A DNA stretch of 64,000 nt from the IMG/VR virus record IMGVR_UViG_3300009506_000008, positions 37,021 to 101,020 of that record; one strand, written 5' to 3'. Origin of the DNA: a virus. Below the pieces are notes generated by a model that was given only the letters and a program-made list of their open reading frames with translations, was not told where the DNA came from and did no database searches. Every line of letters begins with the position of its first letter. Position 1 is the first letter of the stretch. Of this stretch, positions 34,201 through 42,400 are shown in pieces. Both the position numbers and the translations under genes were made by a program.

Positions 34201-37200
34201 AGATCGACCCAGATCAATATGTCGAAGCTCTGCGTGCCTTGGAGGAAAGCTACTCGGCCAGCGGGAAGTCGCAACTCTCTACCATCCTCAAGATCAACGA
34301 TGCCTCGAATGACGGTGTCAAGGATCAGATGGAACAGAACACGCGGCTGTTCAGGCTGCGCGTTCTCAATGAGGAACAGTACCTCGCTCTCCAGGAGTCC
34401 TATATCGCTCTGTGGTCTGGCAATGAGGAGGGTCGAGTTGAGCAAGAAGCGAAGGTTTATGAACAGATAGCGAAGCTACGCCAGGCCGATCTCAATGCCG
34501 ATGTGAAGGCTGCGGAGGCCAAGCGCCGACGAGGTGAGGGATCGTACGCAGACGTTCTTGACGTGCTTGCTACTTACATTGCGCAGGCGACCGACGGGAA
34601 TGAAAAGCTCATTGCTCTGAGGGAACAGTGGATCGAGAAGTACCTGTCCACCGAACAGATGGCGCAAGAGGAGTCTGACAACACTCGACGGTTCTTGTAT
34701 CAGGTAGGAGTCCTTACCACCGAGGAGTACAAAGCTCAGTTGGAGGAAAGGCTCTCCGCATTCAAGGGTAATGAGCAGAAGAGACAAGCCCTTGCCAACG
34801 AGTACAAGAAGCTGGTTGAGGACACTCTGTACAAAGAGAACACCAGCCTGTTCCGAGCACGCGCAATCAGCGAAGAGCAATATATCAATACGCAGTTGGC
34901 CTTTCTATCTGTTTGGGAGAAGAATGAAGCCAAGCGGATCGAAGCGTCCAGGAAGGTGTACGATGAGGTAAACAAGGTCAGGAAGAGTGACTACGACAAC
35001 GAGGTCAAGGAAGCTGAGAGAAGGATCTCCCTCGGGCAAGCCACGACAGACGACCTGATTGCAATCAACGATAGATACCTCTCCAAGGTAAGGTACGACA
35101 CAGATCAATCCAGGAAGTTCTTCACCGAATTGGCCGATGATCGTGTTGCCTTGGAGCAGCGTGTTCGAGACGAGTCTACGGCTACGATGAAGTGGGAAGT
35201 CGATATGGGGTATCGTACCATATCGGAGTACAAAGCCCACTTGGAGAAGCGGCTTGCTTCCTTCAGAGACTTTGGAGAGAAACGTCGTAGCTTGATGTTG
35301 GAACTGCAACAAGTAACGGAGCAAGCAGACTTTATCAAGCCGTTGGCCGAACAGGATTCCTGGATCTCTCTCGTTCAGACGAAGATCCAAAGCATGACCG
35401 GGGCCTATGAAGCCCTTGGTCATAAGATGACCGCCTCCATGAAGACAGACTTGCTGGAGGAGCAAGCCGATTGGTATGAGGTGCTCATCGAGAAGCAGAT
35501 TCAAAACATCGAGCTTTTGATCAAGAGGGCGCAAGCAGAAAAGGATACTGTCAAGAAGAACACCTTCCTCCAAGAGGCGTTAGAAGCAGAGCAAGGCGTT
35601 TACCAGTCTCTCCAAGAGTTCCAAGAGTTCGGTGCTAAGTTCCCCGGTCGGTTCGGATCTGAGATTCGGGCAGTGACCCAGGATGCGATTGATGCACTGG
35701 ATAGGATCGGGGACAACATTACCGATACCATAAACGGGGTGAACAACACGCTGTTCAATACACTCCGTGACATGGATCAGACTCGGGTTCTCCTCTCGCA
35801 GATGGCTCTTGAGCGAGAGAACATCAAGCTGTCCACCGAGGATCTGGCTTTGGTGTTGAGGACCTCCCAGGAGGTTGCAAACAAGCTCGGTGAGTCGGTC
35901 CCATCTATTGAAGAGGTTGTCACCGCTGCCCGTTCGCTCGCCGGTAGGATAGACGATGGCGGAGCGGCTTTCGAGCGTTCCAGTAGAGTAGCTCAGGACG
36001 CTGCTACGATCCTGATCCAGCCGTACAATGACCTGAGGACGCAGCTGGATTCGATGATCGCTTCCGCTGAGCAGATGACCTCGAACTGGAGAGAGGGCGC
36101 GACCAAAGCGGCTCTGGGATTCCAGATTCTCGGTACAAAGATGGACCCGTTGGAAGAGCGGATGGGTCAATGGCTCGCGAGCACCGAGCCTGTCTCGGAT
36201 GGACTGGACTTCCTAGCTGAGAAGTTGAACATCGGCAAGGACGCCATCGAGGAATTGAACAGGAAGTACGGGGATGCCAAGGACGAGGTAGGGGGAGGGC
36301 TTGAGGAACTTCGACAGGCATTGGGAGGGGCTGAAGAGGGAACTGCAAAGGCCAAGACAGCTTCCGAGATCATGGCGGAGGCGGCAGAACAACTTCGGTT
36401 GATTGTAGGTCAGCAAAGCTCGGCCAGTGACGCGGCGGGGAATGCCGCAACCGTCTTCAGCAATGCAGCGGGAGAGTTGACTACAGTCATTCCTCAGATT
36501 ACTTCTGTGTCCGAAACCACTGCCGGTCTTGCCGGGACGATGGAGACAGCTTCTGGCAACTTGACGACTGCGGTAGGTCAGTTACAAACAGCCGCCCAGT
36601 CCACCGAAGGGATTTCTCGGGCCGCTCAAGTTGCGGTGTCTCGATTGGTAGAGTTGCTGCCCGACGTAGCCGGATTGGCCGGTGATGTTGTTTCCTCTGC
36701 TGGCAGACTAACGTCCGCGTCCAACTCTCTGTCCGGTGTGTTTAATCAGGTAGATTCCTCGGTAGGGGACTCTACCGGGAACTTGGCCGATGCAACTGGA
36801 GAACTTACCTCGACCACCGGCGGTCTTCAAGATGTGTTGAACACGGCTCGGGATGCTTCCGGTACTTTGTCAGAGGCTTCGTTGGATCTGTTGACATCTG
36901 GAGGAGTGCTCGGGGACCGTCTCGGAGAGCTACAGGGCGCAGTCACCGTTCTAAGGGAAGCCACAACGGGACTGGCTAACATCCCTCCCGAGTTGCAGGT
37001 TGCTTTGCAGAACGTTGAAACCTACGTAGGCAACCTGACGGGGGCTTCGAACCAGCTAAATGATGCGGCTGCGAGATTCCCCGAGCTATCTAGGTCGGTA
37101 GAAAAGGCTTCGAATCAGTTCGGTACGGTAGTTGGGGAACAGTCGGCTCTGGTAGATCCGTTGAGAGCAGTGGCTGCTGGAAACCGAGATGCTGCCTCGG

Positions 37201-39092
37201 CTGTCAACCTCGCTGCAACCAACTTCCGAGGGTCCGCCAGTACGATGCAGACGTTGGGAGGATCGTTAGCTGATGCGGTAACGCGAGCGGCAGAAGGAAC
37301 CGCTACAGCCAAGGATGTAGCTTCTACGGCTGGCGCAACCATCTCGGCAGCGGAAGATGCTGCTCAGGCGGCTACTGAAGGGGCGCGGAATGTTCAGAGA
37401 ACTGTTCCGGCTCTCGACTCAGCTATCAGCAATTTGACGGCAGCGTCTGGTAGTTCCGAAGAGGCCACTACTCGGCTTGCGGATCTCATTCCATCCTTCG
37501 GTGACATTGTCACGCAGATTGCTCGGGCGGCTGAGTCGATAGGAGTTGCTTCCACCTCGATCCAAACTAACTTGAGCGCACTCGGCGACCTTGCGGGGAG
37601 CATGGAGGATGCTGCTGGAGGAGTGCGTACTGCTTCATCGGACATCGTAGGATTGACGACGGAACTCCAATCCGTAACCTCCGCTTCCAATGAAGCGATT
37701 CGTGCGGCGCGGGATGCTGCTACGTCAACGGGCAATTCTGTAGGTCAACTCGGGGAGGTGCTGTCTCGGATCGAGACGGCGGTGACAACGATTGGTGCGG
37801 CTTCTACGCAGTTGGATGCTACCACTCGGGCGTTCTCTACCCTCATCTCGAACGTTACCGCAACGTCGGGTAACTTGGCAGGTACCATCGGAACCTTGTC
37901 TCAAGGCATCACCGACATTCGTACTTTGTCGGCAGAGACTCAGACCGCGGCTGGATTGATCACTACCGGGGCGGCAGATTTCAGAACGGTAGCTGATTCG
38001 TTTGGTGCTTACATTGCGGTCATAGGGGATGCCGCAGAACCGATCAAGCTAGCAGGCGACCAGATAGCCGGTCTCATTCCTCAACTCTCCGGTGTGGTAG
38101 GACAGTTTGCTCCCGTTCAAGCTGCCTTGACGAACATTGTCGGGAGTTACGATGCTGCCCTTCAGAGATTGGACACAGTATTTGTTGGAGCAGCGGATAC
38201 CACGAGGGTTTTGACATCTGCGGCTGGGGAACTCTCGGCTAGGTTCAGCGAATACGGTTCCTTGACGAGTGAGCTTGCTGTAGCAGGTGACAAGGTAGCT
38301 ACTGCGTCGTCAGCTATGGAAAGCACTCTCGGGATTCTTCGCTCATTCGCGGCAGACATGGCCCGCACCAGTGAGGGGCAGGCTATCGTCGCTACCAGGA
38401 TGAGCGGTTTGATAGATCCCCTGTACGCTTACATAGGATCAATCACATCGGCAACTAGCAACTTGAGTGAGGCCGGTGTAGAAATCGCGGGAGTGCTGGA
38501 GTCGGTACGAAATGTTTCAACCGACATCATCGGAGTGGCGGGTGCTCTAACCACTACGGCAGGAACCCTCGACAGTGCGGCGAGCGGATTCAGCGCCTCC
38601 GTCGATGCTGCTGGAGAGGCTTCCGAAAAGTTCATTACCACAGCGGCAGACTTGGAGGAGACTTCCTCGGTATTCCAGACGGTCATCCGTCAGAGTAGCA
38701 CGATTGTAGACCAAGTGCGGAACTCGGTGGCCGGTCTGTACAACAAGGAAGAGATCGTGGCGTCGAAGCTGAGCGAGATTGCCTCAGAGTTCGGCAGCCA
38801 AAGAGATCGCATTGCAGGGGCTCTCCAAGATGTCAACGGTAAGTTGCAAGAAATGGCGCAGGCCATTCGAGACTTTGGTTCTCTCAATTCGGACATTGCT
38901 ACATCGGTAGCCGTGGTTGGTACGAAGATGGACAGGATGGACACTGTCATCGAAGACTTGAGTGGGGCGATTCGCAGAATGCCCGATACAATTGAACAGA
39001 ACTTCGACATTGACATCAACGGATTGTCGTTGGCTGTGGCGGAGTTGCGGACTGCTATTCGTCAGCAAGTAATGGCTCTGATGCCGAGGTAA
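31293..39092 (+). CDS. Tape measure protein (~2600 aa)
   Basis: TP901-type core (AEVAETMFEFARAG, ASMAGTAFK, RDAAGNVRPF), hydrophobic segment, long helical repeats. Confidence 0.95.
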   Translation: MATGGSGKGKAAKLSVIIEAIDNFSEEFRKASENAERFSEALDKASGSYNAFVQTITAIRGELTRLGEEVDVVKKALQNLRKSAQSTAQSQDKMGEAAKDTAKGLKDVGEAADKAGDKLDSATKDTNELKESMDQAKDTLQKVGRAFLALTAASRAFALTKQVAGVFADLSGSYADLELQIKRIEAISGASADAMLGVAKAATSADIAMKGFAGAEVAETMFEFARAGQTIESSIIALPSITSFAVAGTLDLKDALNTALGVMFSFKTGADGLSKSFDIMTRAVNTSRLGAAEFSDAIRTGGAAAQIANQDLASFLGAIRSMREIGITASMAGTAFKTAMMQSIIGPAKDAQDVIAKYGLRFRDAAGNVRPFADIIEELEVKLGGLSRVARDAALADLFGTRGIQAAVAGLSVGSKALRAWTQDLRDAGDETDRVANVMLEALFQKVKALGATFENFKAVYGETMAPFASDLVAWLTRLLQSFIELDDSVKKGLLVTLGVAGLAGALLAVAGAAAGVVAAISLITGLSAGVIVGIGGIALALSAAIGALVGFSAAAEDAFKIVPEGFDKLKNEADQISEASKFLAAALREIQESIGENTLQFENTAATIRDLRNLGTEFNKLHGNVVEGSEKHQRYLQVLNAIGGYLPSVKKLIEDEAVTFENVNAAIQAGVEERLSGLEKMRDSQELLLRQEQANVEEQIKVNKGRLDNIKASMKAERGEYNKQKAFLDRMGTELGRGSFYQEISRTQGGRAQDIVADVERMIERAREYVKTHEEREAAWKKSQEAAQTALDAEETKLVEVKKKLQELLQFEGAEGWFAKIIRDLFGKGGVEQLSEEMQKITDNALTYWEKYLRSQIVLAPNDAAKKKAEDELNKFRADYLAFFDPSTGLFKYDDDFYKFFTGIQEKLVKVTQKYDNFFKDLAVAVRLEQDADKAEKKAEETAKKIAKHYEDSVIKTVQVLQQLMKAGEIDPDQYVEALRALEESYSASGKSQLSTILKINDASNDGVKDQMEQNTRLFRLRVLNEEQYLALQESYIALWSGNEEGRVEQEAKVYEQIAKLRQADLNADVKAAEAKRRRGEGSYADVLDVLATYIAQATDGNEKLIALREQWIEKYLSTEQMAQEESDNTRRFLYQVGVLTTEEYKAQLEERLSAFKGNEQKRQALANEYKKLVEDTLYKENTSLFRARAISEEQYINTQLAFLSVWEKNEAKRIEASRKVYDEVNKVRKSDYDNEVKEAERRISLGQATTDDLIAINDRYLSKVRYDTDQSRKFFTELADDRVALEQRVRDESTATMKWEVDMGYRTISEYKAHLEKRLASFRDFGEKRRSLMLELQQVTEQADFIKPLAEQDSWISLVQTKIQSMTGAYEALGHKMTASMKTDLLEEQADWYEVLIEKQIQNIELLIKRAQAEKDTVKKNTFLQEALEAEQGVYQSLQEFQEFGAKFPGRFGSEIRAVTQDAIDALDRIGDNITDTINGVNNTLFNTLRDMDQTRVLLSQMALERENIKLSTEDLALVLRTSQEVANKLGESVPSIEEVVTAARSLAGRIDDGGAAFERSSRVAQDAATILIQPYNDLRTQLDSMIASAEQMTSNWREGATKAALGFQILGTKMDPLEERMGQWLASTEPVSDGLDFLAEKLNIGKDAIEELNRKYGDAKDEVGGGLEELRQALGGAEEGTAKAKTASEIMAEAAEQLRLIVGQQSSASDAAGNAATVFSNAAGELTTVIPQITSVSETTAGLAGTMETASGNLTTAVGQLQTAAQSTEGISRAAQVAVSRLVELLPDVAGLAGDVVSSAGRLTSASNSLSGVFNQVDSSVGDSTGNLADATGELTSTTGGLQDVLNTARDASGTLSEASLDLLTSGGVLGDRLGELQGAVTVLREATTGLANIPPELQVALQNVETYVGNLTGASNQLNDAAARFPELSRSVEKASNQFGTVVGEQSALVDPLRAVAAGNRDAASAVNLAATNFRGSASTMQTLGGSLADAVTRAAEGTATAKDVASTAGATISAAEDAAQAATEGARNVQRTVPALDSAISNLTAASGSSEEATTRLADLIPSFGDIVTQIARAAESIGVASTSIQTNLSALGDLAGSMEDAAGGVRTASSDIVGLTTELQSVTSASNEAIRAARDAATSTGNSVGQLGEVLSRIETAVTTIGAASTQLDATTRAFSTLISNVTATSGNLAGTIGTLSQGITDIRTLSAETQTAAGLITTGAADFRTVADSFGAYIAVIGDAAEPIKLAGDQIAGLIPQLSGVVGQFAPVQAALTNIVGSYDAALQRLDTVFVGAADTTRVLTSAAGELSARFSEYGSLTSELAVAGDKVATASSAMESTLGILRSFAADMARTSEGQAIVATRMSGLIDPLYAYIGSITSATSNLSEAGVEIAGVLESVRNVSTDIIGVAGALTTTAGTLDSAASGFSASVDAAGEASEKFITTAADLEETSSVFQTVIRQSSTIVDQVRNSVAGLYNKEEIVASKLSEIASEFGSQRDRIAGALQDVNGKLQEMAQAIRDFGSLNSDIATSVAVVGTKMDRMDTVIEDLSGAIRRMPDTIEQNFDIDINGLSLAVAELRTAIRQQVMALMPR

Positions 39093-39095
39093 AAG

Positions 39096-39440
39096 ATGGC
39101 AACAATCAGCTTTCTCAACAAGGACTTTGCCACCCAGAGACGTCACTCTGTGGTGCATCCTCCGGGCATGTCCACTCCTCTCTACCTGGGTAGCAGGTAC
39201 GAGGGGGAGCTTGTTCAGGTAGACGGGGTCATCGAGGGCTCAAGTTACGACGATGCCAAGTCGGCGCTGGAGTCTATCCGAACCTTCGTCAAAAATAATG
39301 AGGAGGTGACAATCGGAGGAAATATCGGTACACTACCTGAATCAGAACAGATTACGGGCAAGGTTGAACGGTTCAGCGTAGCACATCGACCCGCGACTAA
39401 GTACCAACGCTTCTCGATCACGTTGAGGATGTACACATAA
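39096..39440 (+). CDS. Putative distal tail protein
   Basis: Small beta-rich gene directly after the tape measure. Confidence 0.55.
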   Translation: MATISFLNKDFATQRRHSVVHPPGMSTPLYLGSRYEGELVQVDGVIEGSSYDDAKSALESIRTFVKNNEEVTIGGNIGTLPESEQITGKVERFSVAHRPATKYQRFSITLRMYT

Positions 39441-42400
39441 TGGCAAGCTACCAGCCTCATGCCGAAGCAAGTGACATCCGGTTCTCATATTCGATGTATG
39501 GGGGGCCTACCACGGCCTCTTTTCTCGTTCCTAATGCTAGGGTGTCCCTGTTTGCGTTGGGATCCCTCATTTCCATAGGGGAACATTGGAGAGGAGAGGT
39601 TGTCAGTCACGAGCAATCCGGGGAGTACCTGACTCGGATCGTTTGTTCTGGACTGGCGCGGAGACTTGACAGTATCGAGTTCCGGCAGTGGTACAACTTC
39701 CTGCTAGATGACGGAGTCACGGAGCATCCGTTCAACAACGAGACTACTGATGCAGGGGAGATCCTGGACGAGGTTGCTCCTCTCTTGACATTGGTCGGAT
39801 TGTCCGCTGCCTCTCTGACCGTGGGCTTCAATCCCGTGCAAGTAGAAGTCAGCGGACCTGTCCGTAGCGTACTCGATACGTTGGCGTACGCGGCAGGCAA
39901 GGGATGGTACATTGACCAATCTAATACGATTCAGTGGGGTTCTTGGGCCCTGTCTCCCGCTTCGCCGACGCTGACGACCATCGAGAACGTACGGAACGTT
40001 CTCATCATCGAGGCTGGCCGTAAGAAGGATCCATTTGACAAATCCTCGGTGCCCGAGGAAGACGTACCACTTGAAGAATTTCTCTACCTCATGCAAATTG
40101 TGGATGTGAACTCGTCAGGATACACCGGGGAAACCCGGTTTCATTCTGATCAGATCATATTCATTGCACACGATTCAGCTAGTCGCAGTTCGTATGGGAC
40201 GCGAGAGGAACGGTTGAGTGTTCCGTACATTGGAGATTCGACCGCTGCCCTGGCTTTCGCTACGCAATGGTTCTCGATATTCGCCAACCCTATAGAATCA
40301 GAAGCTGAGATTGAGTACATCGAGTCTCCAGGTCCGGGGGCACACGAGTCGTTGCCTCATGAAAAAGCGGCGATGTCTGTGGACGTGGCTGTATTGGAAA
40401 CCGGGGCGTTGGAAGTAACGTACAATGTGAGCATGGGAGAACTGATGGCAAGTCCTCTCATGCGCGGCAATCTTCAACGCCCATTCGAGGTTCCCAGAGC
40501 CGACATTGACGTAACGCCTCCTCGGGTGGAGATGACATCCGAGTTGGTTGCTCCCCGAACGAATCCAATCCCGTCCGACATCAAAGTGTATGTGCGAGCG
40601 GAGGATGAGAAGCTCGACGGGACCAAGACCATCGAAACGCCGGTCATCCAAATTACCACGGACCCGGCAGACTTCAGTATCGCTACAGAGTTGAATGGTA
40701 CTCCTGTGGCAGTTCCCCCGGCAGCGGAGGAGGGTTGGTATGAGTTTACCTTTGACCTCCGCAATTCTCCTTTCAATCTAAATCGTGGAGATCCTATAGC
40801 CTACCGGGCGAAAGCGGTTGATGCGTCTGGTAACGTCGGGTATTCATCCGTTGTAGAGGGCAACGCCGATAGTGAGCAACCCGAAGTGTCCTTCTCGGTT
40901 TCCGAGTATGACTATGGGGAGGGTGCGGAGAGGGCTGAGCAACCTACCGGGCTGAAGGCAGGGCTCGGGACCATCGTGGTCACCGTGTCCGACATTTCCA
41001 AGATCAGTCGAGTGCATTGCACGCATGGCACGTTGTCTTTCGTTCCTGGTGAAAAAATCGAAAGCCCGATAGACGGTAGCGAGGTTGAAACGCAGGATCG
41101 TTGGGAGGGTACGATCTCCGTCAGCGGCGTGGAAAAGGTTTCGGTGTACGCTGAGGATGTGTATGGGAACATTGGGGAGAAGTGGGAATACTTTTGGAAC
41201 ATGGACGACCCGATGCCTCCCGAGTGGGACAAAACTCCTCCCACTATCAACGTCTCGACCAGTCCCGACACTAACGATTCTCGCACAGTAGTTGGGCATC
41301 CGTTGAAGGTGTATGCTCGGGTCATCGACAATGAATCAGGTCCCAGCCCGGAGCAACCGACATTCCAGTTCAGCATAAATGGAGTGGACTTTACGAATTA
41401 CTCCATGACGAATGCCACTCACCCGGATACCGGAGATCCGTTACCCGGTTGGCACATGATCAATTTTAACCTGACTCCGTATTCTCGGGGACAGAAGGTT
41501 TGGTATCGCGTTCGAGGTAGGGATCTTGGAGGCAATTACGGCTATTCCGAGATCATTGAAGGTGTCGTAGATGATAAGCAGCCAGAACCGTCGATGTCTG
41601 TTGCATCATGGGATGGAGCGGCTGCGTCGCCTAGTCAACCGAAGGGACTCAAGAACGGTCGGGGATTGTTGACGGTCACAGTCCAAGACGCATCCTCGAT
41701 CAGTCGGGTAGATTGTACGCATGGTACGCTGACGTTCATTCCCGGCACCGAGGTCATTGATCCGGTATCTGGTGACGAAGTTACCACCAGCGATCGTTGG
41801 GAAGGCGAGATCAACGTTTCTGGGGTGGAGAAAGTTATAGTCACCGCTTACGATGTGTTTGGCAACGTCGGTGAAGATTGGGAGTATTATTGGAACACTG
41901 ACGATGTAATGCCTCCTGAGTGGGACAAGACTCCTCCAGAGATTACGATGGCAGCGGCACCGTCTTCCATGAAGCCTACGGTGCTCGGGCATCCGTTGTT
42001 GATCTTTGCGCAGATAGTGGACAAGGAATCCGGTCCAAGCGGACTTCCGTGGCTAGAAGTTAGCACCGATGGACTCGTATTCTCCAATGTGGGGACGTTC
42101 GTGTCGCCAGCTATTCACCCGGAGACGGGCGACCCCTACCCAGACTGGGCTATGATCTCTTACGATCTGACCGGCTACTCCAGAGGGGAGAAGATTTGGT
42201 ACAGGGTAGGAGGTCAAGACGTAGCGGAGAATACGGGATACTCGGCTATCAACGAAGGGGTCGTAGACGATCAACAACCGCAGGTTACGTTCAGCATCGA
42301 GGAGTTGGGATCGGGAACCAAGGACCGACAGCCTACTGGGTTGAAGCACGGGCAGGGCAAGATTTCGGTCATGGTTACGGATGCTTCTACCATCGATCAC

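Noticed and set aside
36300-39092. Methyl-accepting chemotaxis domain
   Set aside because: Heptad Ala/Ser/Thr composition mimics it, but the conserved MCP hairpin-tip motif is absent and the segment is in frame with the tape measure
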